Assembly (NCBI GenBank): GCA_038087875.1
Contig: CM075994.1
Coordinates: 2,420,001-2,484,000 of the forward strand
Reading direction: 5' to 3'
DNA length: 64,000 bases
DNA from: Malacoraja senta
Taxonomy: Eukaryota
Part shown: positions 1 through 37,700 of the stretch, piece by piece
How positions within the stretch are numbered: position 1 is the stretch's first letter
Layout of the letters: each line of letters begins with the position of its first letter
The notes under the pieces: generated by a model
Told to the model about the DNA's origin: nothing
What the model saw: only the letters and a program-made list of their open reading frames with translations
The model's database searches: none
Made by a program: the position numbers and the translations under genes

Positions 1-913
1 AATGGAGTGGGTGAGAAAGTGGGATAACATTGAATGAATGTGAACGGGTGAACGATGGTCGGTGGGGACTCTGCCTGTTTCCATGCTGTATCTCAAAACA
101 CTCTTTCCCAGTTCTGACAAAAAAGTTTGAAACATTGACCACATCCACAGTGTGACCTGCTGAGTATTTCTAGCATTCTGTTCTAGGGGATTGTGCTTAC
201 GTATGATCATAGTCTTGCTGATCTGTATTTAAAAAAAAGTATTTTGCTGTATCTTGGTACACGTGATAATAAAGAAACCATTGAACCATTTTCATTTACC
301 TGTTATTTGATATGCTTGCCAAGAGTCAGATGAGCAAAGATAATAAAGTGTTGGAGTAACTCAGCGGATCGGACGGCATCTCTGGAGAACATGGATAGGT
401 GACATTTCGGGTCGGGACCTTTCTTCAGACTGATTGCAGAGGCAACACTGGTTTCAGTATAAAAGAGAGTCTGCCTTTAATCCCGTATGCACCACAGCAT
501 GGTTTGGGAACAACTACATCTAAGTCTGCATGAAATCGCAGAGCATTGTGGACACATCCCAGACCATCACGCAAACCATCCTCCCTTCCATTGACTCCAT
601 CTACACTTCACACTGCCTTTGAAAGGCCACCAGTGTAATCAAGGACCAGTCTCGCCCTCTTTTCCCCCATCTAATCATGCATAGTCTTTTTGCTGACTGG
701 ATAGTAAGCAACAAAAGCTTTTCCTTGTACCTCTGTTCACGTGACAATAATAAAATAAAATAAAATAACTTTTGTCAGGTTCTTGATTAGTACGGGTGTC
801 AAAGGTTATGGGGAGAAGGCAGGCGAATGGGGTTGAGAGGGAAAGATACATCAGCCGTGATTGACTGGTGGAGTAGACTCGATGGGCCGAATGGCCTAAT
901 TCTGATCCTATGA

Positions 914-25110
<24,197 letters not shown>

Positions 25111-26270
25111 GGATTCACTGACAACAGTCCAAGTCCGCTGCTCTGGGCAGGATTACAAACCATTGGAAGTACCTTTCTCTTGGTGATCTCTGGAGCAACT
25201 AGTCCACAGCCTGCATATCTCTTTCTCAACTAAATTTTATATGAATGTGTCCAAATTTTGGAAAAATCTCTTTGATCCTCTGCATTCTTGAGCAATGAAC
25301 CAGATTTTTAGTCATGTAATTGTTTTATAGCTTTTTCAGTGCTTCAACAGAGAAACACAAAGCCTCCTTTAAATCTGAAACAATGTGCTGAGTTGCACAA
25401 CTGATTAATCAGTGCCAAAAATAGATTAGTGAAAAGTGTTTTTGGTAAAAGAGGGAAATTTAGTCTACGGCCTAATGTATTGGATTCTCGTGGGAAACAG
25501 AACTTCTCCTTTTGTACCCGCTTTGTGCCATGTCATAGTTACCCATGTTTAAAACATGAACACTACTTGCCACTACACTGATGTATTTTGTATCAATCAC
25601 TCCTGGGCTGCTGCAGATACACATACACGTGATCAACGCACTTCTGAAAGATTAAGACACTTACTTTTCCTCGTTACCTCCAGTCATGCATTGCCATAGA
25701 TTTAACGGGAGATCAGAATTCAGCAATGATTGCTTGCTACCGTCAGTAAAAAAAATAACAGGGGGAATGGTTCCTATTTTGTATATTTTTGCTATTACAA
25801 GATTTGCACTCCATCACTTAGGATGTCAACGCGATATTATCTTCGAAATAAAAGGCTAGTTCTGTGTGGTACTTTACATAACCTGACTATTTTGTAGCAC
25901 AGAATCTATTTGTAAAGTTTTTTTACTTCAGATCAAAGAAATAGTAAAGCTTATTTGTAAAATAAAAAATAAAGAAATCCAGTGGCAAGAGTAAACTGTC
26001 ACATTCTATTTAATCGAATCAACTAAAAAGACAACGATTGCAGCTAAGTATGCCAGGCTTAGATTTAGATGTAAACACTTATACATGTGTAGGTTTGTAA
26101 TTTGAGCATTATTTGTGTCTACACTCCTTTAATGTGCTCATTTCTGGCCAGCTTTGCTCCTCGAATCGTGTACCTTTGTTGCTCTGCACTTTGTACTTGC
26201 AAGTCTTGTACTGATATGGTCTTTGAAATATTGAATTGCCCCTAATAAAGATGTTGGCAAGATTTTTGGT
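25111..26270 (+). other. EZR: Probable EZR 3' UTR with candidate poly(A) signals
   Basis: Repeat-free AT-rich 1.2 kb; AATAAA at 25847, 25961, 25968 and 26244, the last followed by a T/GT-rich tract. Confidence 0.7.
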
Positions 26271-29200
26271 CTTTAGTCTCTTTCCACACTTCAGCTTGAA
26301 CCTGCTTATTTTTTTCCCTGGATAGTTATGTGTATCATAAAGGTTGCACCTTTGGCACATTGCACTTCACTGTGCATTGAAATCAAGTAGTGCTCAACCA
26401 AAGTCTGAAGAAGGGTCCTGACTCGAAGCATCACATATCCATTTTCTCCAGAATGCTGCCTGACCCGGAGTTATACCAGCAGTTTGTGTCTATCTCAAGC
26501 TGAGCTAAATCACCTACTGAACAGTGCAACACAAGAACAGGCCCTTTGGCCCACAGTGTCTGTACCGAACATGATGCCAAGACTAATTCTTATCTGCCTG
26601 CACATAATCCATATCCCTCCATTCCCTGCATATCCACATGTCTATCCAAGTCTCTTAAATGCCCCTATCATATTGTGCTTCCACCACCATCCAATCCCAG
26701 TGGTAAGTCCCAGGCCCTCACTGCTTTCTGTGTGTAAAAAACAATTGCCTTGCTCATCTCTTTTAAACTTTGCCTCTCTAAACCTTGGCAAAAAACTAGC
26801 TGTACCCATTGGTCACAGGCCCCCAACCTATTTATTCTCGCTGGAGCTTTCTCCCGAGTGTCTGAGATGGAAGTGAAGGACATTGATTCCTGATTGTGTG
26901 AGCTGACCCACATTGTCACTGCACCACACCGAATGGTCCTGATGGCCTTGCCGAGAGCTCCCTTGCCCCAGCCTGCACTGGACTGCATTTCACACAAAGG
27001 GTAATGGGTACATGGGATGAACTGCCAGAAGATGTGGTAGAGGAACTTTAGACAGGTACATGAATGGGAAAGGTTCGGTGGTATGGGCCAGATGCAGGAA
27101 TGTATGACGAGCTCAGGTACCTTGGTCGGCATGGATGAGTTTAGTTTATTATCACATGTACTGAGGGGCAGTGAAAAGCGCTTTGTTGCGGAAAGCTTGT
27201 CATTGGAAATACTGCACATGATTACAATTGAGCCACCCAGTGTACAGATATAGGATAAAGGGAATAATGTTTAATGCAAGGTAAAGTCCCATTAAAGATG
27301 GTCCGAGTGGGCAAAGAGACAGTTTCTGATCTGTATTATACTATAATGTCTCAATGTAATGTTAAAACTCTACAGTGAATAGCAGAACCTCCTTCAACCA
27401 AATATATAGAAAAGTGCACCACAGGAACAGGCCCTTCAGCCCATGAGGTCCAAGGGTCCTGACCACAAACGGTGTCTGTTCATTCCCTCCACAGATGCTG
27501 CCTGACCATTAAGTTCCTCCGGCAGGTTTTTTTTTTTGCTCAGGACATCAGCATCTGCAGATTATTGTGTTAAAAATACATCTTAAATCAATCGGTAAGT
27601 TCTAGAAATGTAAAGGTCATAGTGTATCTCTTCATGCCCAGAAGGCTGCATTTTGCATGTCATCAACAAGCAGTGTGCAAGGCTGCACAGTGGCGCCCTG
27701 CCCAAAGACGTACATTTTGTAGGTTAATTGGCTTCTGTAATATTGTAAGTTGTCCCTAGTATGTAGGATAGTGCTATTGTGTGGGGTGATTGCTGGTCGG
27801 CACAGACTCTGGGCCGAAGAGTCTGTTTCCGTGCTGTATCTCTAAAGAATAAAGTAAACAAGCTTATTATTCCATCTAGAATTTGTTGGCCAAGTAATGT
27901 TGGCGTACAGACAACCATGAAGAATTTTCAACAATACAGAATATTCCATTGGCCCTCTAACCCCTGCTCTTCAATTTTCTGTGCTGTACTGTTCCATGTT
28001 CTGTTTGTTAAGTGTCTCCAACTTAAAGGTTGATTGAAAGATACAGCATGGAAATAGGTCCTTCAGTCCACCAAGTCCACGTTGACCATCAATCCCCTGT
28101 TCACGCTATTCAGATCTTATCCCACCTTCTCATCCACTCCCGAAAAACTAGCGGCAATTTACAGAGGCCAATTCACCTACAAACCCGCACGTCTTAGGGA
28201 GGAAACCGGAGCACTCGGTGAAACCCCACTTGGTCACAGGAAGAGCATGCAAACTCCCCACACAGACAGCACCCGAAATCAGGATTGAATCTGGGTGTCT
28301 GGTGCTGTGAGGCAGTGATTCTACCAACTGCACCACTGTGCCACCTCGCCTCAATGACTCTGAGCCAGAGATTTCAAGAAGGAGATGTCTAGTGTGCTGG
28401 TCCACAGACTCCCACATGTTATAGTCAAGAACTCACAACCTTGTCTGTCACCATATTATGTTTTTGTGCATTTAACTTTTTTTTTGCGATTGACAAGTCT
28501 TCCTCAACTCGGCATCTTAACTTTAAGCTCTAAAACATGACCTATCACCAACTCGACCTCCCACCTACCTCATTGCAGACCTTCGAGCTATCTTTAATCG
28601 GATTTACTGGACTTTATTTTGTGCTGTACATTATTCCCTTTGTCCTGTATCTGTACACCTTCATTGTAATCATGTAGTGTTTCCGCTGACTGGAGACACT
28701 ATACGTGACAATAATAAACTAAACTAAATTGGGGAAGGGAATGCAATAAGTTGCTGCTTCAAACTTAGAAATCCTGAGTGAATGAAAAGATATGAAGCCA
28801 CAAGTTTCCAGAGAGAAGGTTGAGGAGGGACCTCATTGAAACTTACAGAATAGTGAAAGGCCTGGAAAGAGTGGATGTGGAGAGGATGTTTCCACTAGTG
28901 GGAGTCTAGGACCAGAGGGCAGAGCCTCTGAATAAAAGGATGTACCTTTAGAAAGTTGGAAATTTTATTTAGCCAGAGGGTGGTGAATCTGTAGAATTCA
29001 TTGCCACAGACGGCTGTGGGAGCCAAGTCAATGGCCAAGATGGAGATTGACAGATTCTTGATTAGTAAGGGTATCAGGGGTTATGGGGAGAAGGCAGGAG
29101 AATGGGGTTGAGAGGGAAAGATCGATCAGCCATGATTGAATGGCGGAGTGGACATGATGGGCTGAATGGCCTAATTCTGCAACTATAACAAACTTATGAG

Positions 29201-29416
29201 ACCTGGAGGCAAGGTTTACAAAATGGCACATGTGTAAAATTTATTAAGTAATAAGAGTAATCAACAAAATTCATGAATAGGAAACATATATAACGCACCC
29301 TGAACTGAATAATAGTCAGTGCTGCATTAGATATTATCAGAGATGACAGTGCACCAATACACTCTGCACAGGCGACATTTTGGGTTGGAACCCTTCTTCA
29401 CGTTGATTCATACATA

Positions 29417-29886
29417 CTGTAAACCCTCTTTGTAACGGACCATAGGGGAGGAAATGGTGTTTGTTGTTGCCGATTGTCCGCTATAACCAAGTAAGGCATT
29501 ACAGAGTATCATTGTATTATTAGTTTAAACAAAGAACTGCAGATGCTGGTTAATATACAAAAGGACACAAAGTGCTGGAGTAACTCAGCGGATCAGGCAG
29601 CATCTCTGGAAAACATGGATAGGTGACGTTTCGCATCAAGACCCTTCTTCAGACTATCGGTCTGGAATCAGGCTTGGAATCCAGGTGAGTTGACGAGGAT
29701 CGGTGGAGTCATTGGTCACAGCCCGCAGGTGAGGGTCGGCAGTGGCGGGTGTGGGCTGGCAGCTGCCGGGGTGGCGGTGCAGGCTAGGGGTGGCGTCGGC
29801 AGCCTGGCCTGGTGGTGAAGGTCGGTAGACCCGTCCGTAATAACCAAAATCCAGTATAAAAGGTCCGTATTAACGAGGGTTTAATG
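29417..29886. mobile_element. Non-autonomous Tc1/mariner (Tigger-like) element with a nested Penelope terminal-repeat fragment at about 29528-29655
   Basis: Imperfect 25-bp TIRs CTGTAAACCCTCTTTGTAACGGACC / GGTCCGTATTAACGAGGGTTTAATG flanked by TA. Confidence 0.75.
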
Positions 29887-30867
29887 TACTTACGCACTGA
29901 GTTTTGGATTCCTGGGGAAGAATTGATAATCTCTCCATGATTTTATAAAAGTGGATGAAAATCAGCAGCATAAAGTTTTGGCAAAATCTATTGCGCAATT
30001 TGCTTTGGTAAAACTTAACCCCAAATGACGTATTAGCAGAGAGGTTTTGATTTCCAGTCCTGGAATCCGAAGTCATACATCATCAATAGTTACCAGCACC
30101 TTTGCGAACTGCAGGTCGATGGGGTCTTAATGCAATGGTGCTTTTATTATACATGTGTAAATGCACTGTGAAATTCTTTTCTCACATTCAGTCCAGTAGA
30201 GTAAGCACAATCACTGATTAGCCAAATGTACAGAAATAGTCCACTGATTCCGCATGCAAAAGGCACCAGGTTTTGGCACCATTTTCAAAGTCCAGTCCGC
30301 GCTCTAGTTCTTATGAGTGGTGCCCGATCGCAGCCGACCTCAAGGGCGGGGACGGCCAGACCCCAGTTCCCTCTCCTCTCCTACTAGCCTCGCTCCTCTC
30401 CTGTCGCGTCCGCCGTCGTCGCCGGCTCCACCCTATCTGGTCTCCGGGGGACGAGCAGGGGCGGCTCAGCGGCTCCCTCCACAGGCCTCGGCCCACCGGG
30501 TCTTGCGTTCGGCCGCAGGGGGGATGAGCATTGTCTGTCCTTCAGTGGGATCCAGGCCCGTGGGTGGGGGGAGGGGAGTGAGTCACCTTACTGTCCAGCG
30601 CACAAGCACTCCAACAATGTCTGTGCTGAACATGATACCAAGAGAAACTAATCTCGTGATCCATATCCCTCCATTCCTTGCATATTCACGTACCCATCTA
30701 AAAGTCTCTTATCGTGCCAGCCTCCACCACCATTCCCGTTGGCCCTTTCCAGGCACCCACTGCTCTCTGAGTAAATAAAAACACCCTGCACATCTCCTTT
30801 AAATTTTGTCCCTCTAAACTCTGGCACAAACCAGCTGCATCCCACTAGTCACAGGCCCCCCACCCAT

Positions 30868-30897
30868 CTATTCTCGGTGGAGTTTTCTTCCGAGTTT
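30868..30897 (-). CDS. SYTL3: Candidate short SYTL3 terminal exon KLGRKLHRE* (paralogous copy TLGRKLQRE* at 26832-26861)
   Basis: cttcacttcaaagttcag acceptor, phase 0 matches upstream donor; acceptor and stop conserved in the duplicate; no homology support. Confidence 0.3.
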   Translation of the reverse strand, partial: KLGRKLHRE

Positions 30898-31556
30898 CTG
30901 AACTTTGAAGTGAAGGGCATGGTGACAGACAAGGTTGATTAGGTTTTGATTTCCAGTCCTGGAACCTGAAGCCATTCATCATCAATGTTGTCAAGTTGGA
31001 AAGGGTTCAGAGAAGATTTAAGAGGATGTTGCCAGGACTCGGGGGTCTGAGGTTCAGCAGGCTGGGTCTCTATTCCTTAGAGCGCAGGAGGATGAGGGGT
31101 GATCTTATAGAGGTTTAAAATCATGAGAGGAATAGAATGGGTAGACGCACAGTCTCTTGCCCAGAGTAGGGGAATCGAGAACCAGAGGACATAGGTTTAA
31201 GGTGAAGGGGGAAAGATTTAATAGGAGTAACTTTTCCACACAAAGGGTGTTGGGTGTATGGAACAAGCTGCCAGAGGAGGTAGTTGAGGCAGGGACTATC
31301 ACAACGTTTAAGAAACATTTAGACAGGTACATGGATAGGACAGGTTTAGAGGAATATGGACCAAACGCAGGTATGTAGGACGAGTGTAGATGGGACACAT
31401 TGGTCGGTGTGTGCAAGTTGGGCCAAAGGGGCTGTTTCCATGCTGTATGACATTCCATTATCAAACATTACCAACACCATTGTGATGTGCAGGTTGTTTG
31501 ATGCATGAAGCATTGCCGGCCTCTCAGATGGACCCAGGGCCAGGGGCTAACATCAC

Positions 31557-31727
31557 CTTCCCTTGGAGTTGGTACCACTGGAACGACTGCGTGGAACTGT
31601 CTTCGAACCTCCAGCTGTCGAAGGGGACGTGTACTTGGCCCACACACAGCTGCCGTTTGAATGTCGTGCTGTACCACACGGAGACATGGAGTGTCCTCGT
31701 CTCTACCTGCCGCCGCCCAATGGTGTA
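31557..31727 (-). CDS. SYTL3: SYTL3 C2A exon [57 protein letters not shown]
   Basis: ttccccag acceptor, gtgatg donor, 171 bp. Confidence 0.92.
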
Positions 31728-34700
31728 CTGGGGAATGCAAAGTACAACGGGTAAATATACAGAGCCATCAGGCCCCATCTGGAATCCGCGTCTCACGATG
31801 GCCTGAGTGTGTGGGTCCAGCACTGATCCACCCTGACAGCCCATCGAATGTGCAACAAGTTTGTTCATAAGTTCTAGGAGCAGAATTAGGCCATTCGGCC
31901 CATCAAGTCTACTCCGCCATTCAATCATGGCTGATCTATCTTTTTCTCTCAACCCCATTCTCCCGCCTTCTCCCCATAACCCCTGACACCTGTACTAATC
32001 AAGAATCTATCAATCTCCACTTTAAAAATATCCATTGACTTGGCCTCCACAGCCTTCTGTTTGGTGAGGCACGGTGGCGCAGTGGTAGAGTTGCTGCTTT
32101 ATAGCGCCAGACAACTGGGTTTGATTCTGACTACGGGTGCTGTCTGTACGGAGCTTGTACGTTCTCCTTGTGACCACGTAGGTTTTCCCTGGGTGTTCTG
32201 GTTTCCTCCCACATTCCAAAGACGGGTGTAGGTTTGTAGGTTTCTGTAAATTGTCACTGGGTTTCTGTACATTGTCCCTAGTGTATAGGATAGAACTAGA
32301 GTACGAGTGATCGTTGGTCAGTGTGGACTCGGTGGGCCAAAAGGCCTGTTTCCACCTGTTTCCAAGCTTTTCACCGTACCTCGGTACATGTGACAATAAA
32401 CTAAATTGAACTAAGTACAGGACAGGGACAGGCCAACCTGCCAACAATGTCTTTGCTGAACATGATACCATGATAAACTGTATCTATACACTTGTAATCA
32501 TGTCTAATCTTTCTGCTGACTGGTTAGCATGCAACAAAAGCTTTTCACTGTACCTCAGTGTAACATGTAACAATAAACTCAACTAAACTAAACTCCTCTG
32601 CCTGCACGTGATCCAAATCCCTCCATTCCCGGCATATCTATGTGTGTACCTAAAGGTCTCTTAAACGCTACTGTTGTATCTGCCCTCACCATCACCCTGT
32701 GCAGGACATTCCAGGCACCCATCACTCTCTGTAAATAAAAAGCTCTGTGCATCTACTTTAAACTTTTCCCCTCTCACCTTAAAGCTGTGGCTTCTAGTTC
32801 CACCCTAAAGGAGAAATATTTTGACTTTCTAACCTATCTATGCTTCTCATAATTTTATAAACTCCCCTCAGGTCTCCCCTCAGCTGCAAACACTACAGAG
32901 AAAACAAACCAAGTTTGTCCAACCTCTAGTTAAAGCTAATATGCTCTAATCCAGGCATCATTCTGGTAAACCTCTTCTGCTCCCACTCCAAAGCCTGCAC
33001 ATCCTTTTTGTAATGGGTGCGACTGCTTGCCCTGGGGCAGAAGAGGCAGAGGGGTGCTTTTGGACATTGGCCAAGAACAGGGTATTGGGCCTTTCCAATG
33101 TCGGATGCACGTTGCCTGTCTTGACCGGGGGTTAGGTACGGAAACCCCGGCAGGACTGGGTCAGGGCATTTACCTTCTGTAGGAGGTGGTGGTTGATTCC
33201 TGCACCATTCCTGCAGCCCTAGAGGCCTGGGATGGGACTGAGATCTCCATTCACACAGCTGGTTGTGCCTTAGTGAAACAGAAAGCTCCCAATGGGAAGA
33301 GTCAGAGTTGTACAGCACGGAAACAGGCCACCGTGCCTTTGCTGACCGAGTTAGCATTAGGGATGGTCCCATTTGCTTGCATTCTTCCCACAGCCCACTA
33401 AGCCCTTCTTATCCACAAAATATCTGTCCAAATGTATTTTAAAACTCATAGTTGGACGTGCTTCGATGTGTGGTATTGTCAAGCAATGCAAGTAATTCAA
33501 GTGCTGGTAGAAGCCTGAATGTGTACAATTTTGTAGATGCAGCAGGCATTCGTCAGACAAAAAGCAATGAATTACCTGTAATGTTTCATTAAAAACTGGA
33601 TCCACTGTGTTCCTCTTCACCGAGCTCTTCAACTTACTGTGAGATTTGTCAGGAAGCAAGTAGGTCTTCACATACCTGAAAAAGATTTTAAAAATCATAA
33701 ACTTTCAGTTTCAGGAGATATCCAGTGAAAATACTGGATGTTTAATTTACAGTGGTAGAAAGATGAAAACCCCCCATCTCTGTAGCACACCTCACTCACA
33801 TTCTGCCCAGGTTAAAACTAACTGACCAGCAGAGTGGCACAGCAGGTAGAGCTGCAGCCTCACAGCACCAGTGATTCGGGTTCAATCATGACCCGGGTTT
33901 GATGCTGTCTGTGTGGAGTTTGATTGTTCTTCCTGTGACCGCGTGGATTTCCTCCACCGCATCTCTAAACCAAACTAAACTACACAGAGTGTATGATATA
34001 CAATGTATGTTGTATATATAAGATCATTGTCTTGTTTCATCACATCTGATTAGATGTTAGGAATTGTGTCTGAGCATAGTTTTGCTGGCATTGAAAGAAT
34101 GCTGAACAGCAAGTCTGTGGAGAGAAACAATTCAGGCGACCACTGGCATCACACAAGCCTCTGCCAGAAATCTGTCCATGTCTAAGATTGGAAAAAAATG
34201 ACAACAGGGTGTTCAGCGATTGACAATGTTCTTATCTCTCTGTTGTGTAACATGGACTTACGCTCCAATAAATGAATCTAAAAGACATTTGGACAGGTAC
34301 ACATTTAAGAAAAGTTTAGAGATACGGGCCAAATGTGGGTAAATGGAACTAGCTTGGTTGGGGCATCTTGGTTGGCATGGATGAGCTGGGCTGAATGGCC
34401 CGTTTCCGTGCTGTATGACTATATAACACTGCAAACCAAAATTTAGTGGCACAATCTTACTGACAAGCCGACCTATGTTCAAAGCAATACAATGATATGG
34501 GCTTGAAAGACAGGTTTGCTGAGGCAGATTGACAAATTGGATTAAAACTACGTCACCGAGTCATGGAGAGATATGGCACAGAAACCGGCCCTTCGGTTCA
34601 CTAAGTCCATGCCGACTATCAACCACCCATTTACACTAATCAAACATTAAGCCCATTTTTTATATGGATCATGTGCTGGCGGAGGGAATTAATGGCATCA

Positions 34701-37700
34701 TATTCAGCAAGGTCAAGGGCCAAAGGGGCTGCTCCTGTTCTATGTTCTAATTGCAGTGTCTAGAGGAAGCCCATGAAGTTTGGTTTAGTTCAGTTTAATT
34801 TAGTTTTGTTTATTGTCATGTGTTCCAAGGTACAGTGAAAAGCTTTTTGTAGCGTAGTATCCAGTCAGCGGAATGACAATGCATGATTACGATCGAGCTG
34901 CCCCCCCACCTCTACCTTCCAGTCTGAAGAAGGGTTCTAACCCGAAATGTCACCTTTAGCTTTTCTCCAGAGATGCTGCCTGATCTGCTGAGTTACTCCA
35001 GCACATGTGTCTATCTCCAGCTCTACCAGTGTGCTGCCTTAACCAACTTTTAAAGCAACGATTCATAAATCTCAACAAACACATTCCTTTGAGGACTATA
35101 ATTACAGGGACAAAGTGATACTGCCATATCCTGCTGCAGCAAAGTTAACAATACTATCAGCAGAAAGCAGCAAACCTGTTGATCAGGAGTGCTGCAGAAA
35201 TGAGCAAGTGACGTAAAAGACCATTGACCAGAGAGGAGAAGGTAAGTTTGGATAAAATAGTGGGGAATATGGAACCAGGTTTGTTCGAGGTTCGATAAGG
35301 ATTTAAAAATGAGATCAGCTCAAGTTAGGCTCCTTATGTACTGAGATGAGAGAAATTACAGCAGAGAAAAAGAAAATGAAATAAAAGTAGTAAGCAAGAT
35401 GTAAGCAATACATTCCTTGTCTTTACAGCAAAGGGCAGAAAGAACTCACCAAAAGAGTGGGGAATTAAGGGGAGCGAGACGTTAACATGAGGATCACAGC
35501 AGAGCCGCTGCCTCCCAGCACCAGAGACCCAGGTTCAATCCTGACCTCGGGTACTGTCTGTGTGGAGTTTGCATGTCCTCCCTGTGAGTCTCCTCTGGGT
35601 GCTCCCACACCCCAAAGATGCACAGGCTTGTGGGTTAATTGGCCTCTGTAAATCACCCCCTGGCCTAGTGTGTAGGGAGTGGATGAGAAAGTGGGATAAC
35701 ATAGATCTAGTATGAATGGGGATTGATGGTTGGCGCAGACTCGGTAGGCTGAAGTGCCTGTTTCTACGCCGTATCTCTAAATTAAACCTAAACTAAACTA
35801 AAATGAAATAAATAATGAAGAAAGATTACTGGAGAAATGAACAGAAACAAAACAAAAACAGATTTATTGGATTCAAACTGCAAGGAGGTGCTGGAATGAT
35901 GATGGAATTTAACAGTGTGTGCAATTTGGATCCTGGGAAGAATTTTTGTGGTTTCGGAGGGGTGGTGAGAAGATTGTTCACTGGATAGTTTCTGTGACCA
36001 GAGGACTTTAGAGATACTGTGTGGAAACAGACCTTTCCGCCCACCGAGTCCATGCCGACCAGTTACTATCCTACACACTAGGGACAATTTACAATGTTTT
36101 AATCGAAACCAATTAACCTACAAGCCTGTATGTCTATGAAGTGTGGGAGGAAGTCGAAGCACCTGGACAGAACCCACGCAGTCACGGAGAGAACGTACAA
36201 ACTTCATACAGCCAGCACCCGTAGCCAGGATTGAACCCAGGTCACTGGCACGCTAAGGCAGCAACTCTACCGCTGCGCTACTGTGCCACCCTGAAATCAG
36301 AGTGACGAATAGTGATGCGCAGAAACAAGGAACTGCAGATGCTGGTTTCCACAAAAGGACAGAAAGTGTTTGAGTAACTCAGCGAATCAGGCCACATCTC
36401 TGGAGAACATAGATAGGTGACGTTTCCGGTCGGGACCCTTCTCCAGACTTGTGATGTTTGTTGAGGAGAATGAGAGTTCACAAGGATAAAGAGGAGGGGA
36501 TTGCAGCTCAGGACCTGGCTGAGGAAAGTTTTCAGGCGGGGATCTTTCCAGGGACATTTTCCAAAATTAATTCGTCCCAGTTTTAAACAACGGTCCACAT
36601 TTGGGAGCAGCATTATAAAGCCCGCACATAATTCAAAGCAGTGGAAAGTGATGAGAGATGGAGGCTCTTGGAGGGGCAACGATGGGATAGTGAGATGGCC
36701 AGCAGGGGGATTCATTGTGAAGTGATTCACTGTGGGTGGAGTAACTCGGAAAGACAACATACTTTCAATGGAGATGGACCCATGGTGTCTACCCATGGTG
36801 TCATGGCTGATCTATTTTTTTCCTCTCAGCCCCATTCTCCTGCCTTCTCCCTGTGACCTTTGACACCCTTTGGATGAGGGAGGACATACAAATTCCATAC
36901 AGACAGCACCTGAGGTTAGGATCGCACCCCGGTCTCTGGCGCTGTGACGCAGTAACTCTGCCGCTGTGCCATTGTTCCCGCCCTATGTGATGCAGGTATG
37001 TTGGATGGAGTAACGGCAAATGAAACCAAATCTGTGTCTGTGTTAACTGCTGAGGAATTTCTGGCAAACCCCGTTCTCTGGGTGTAACCAGCTCACCACA
37101 GAAGGTAGATAGAAATGCTGGAGAAACTCAGCGAGTGAGGCAGCATCTATGGAGTGAAGGAATGGGTGACGTTTTGGGTCGAGACCCTTCTTCAGACTGA
37201 TGAGGGGATGGGGGGGGGGGGGGGGCAGGAAGAAGAAAGGAAGAAACGGGTATCAGCTTCCTACCTCACTGATCTGGGGACAACAGCCCGTGAGTTTTAT
37301 GCTGCAAACTTAAAATGCAGCACCGAACCAGATTTCAGCCAACGCATCTGCCCGAAGTAATTCCCACTTGCCTGCCAGTGAAGAGCAGTCCTTTAATGCC
37401 GCCCACTGCACTTTCTCTGTAACTGTAACACTATCTGCAGCACTGTTTTTCTCTGTGCTCTACCTGTTGCACATGCATGGTTTAATTGTAGTCATGTATG
37501 GTATGACTTGACTGGAAAGCACTCTACTTGGTACATGTGACAATAATAAAACAATGCCAATACCTCAGGTGGAAAGCTGTTCAGTTCTGGCAATCACAGC
37601 GCAAGAAAGAAGCAAGGGCCTTAAAGCAGACACGGTTCAGAAAGGTGTAATCAGGAATGAGATGTTAGAATTTACTTTATACTTTAGAGAGCGCCGGAAA

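Noticed and set aside
28340..28460. Possible decayed C2B exon (MWESVDQHTRHLL)
   Set aside because: Resemblance too weak; no credible splice sites
30042..30090. TGATGA-containing duplicated motif as a C/D box snoRNA
   Set aside because: No properly placed D box (CTGA) or terminal stem
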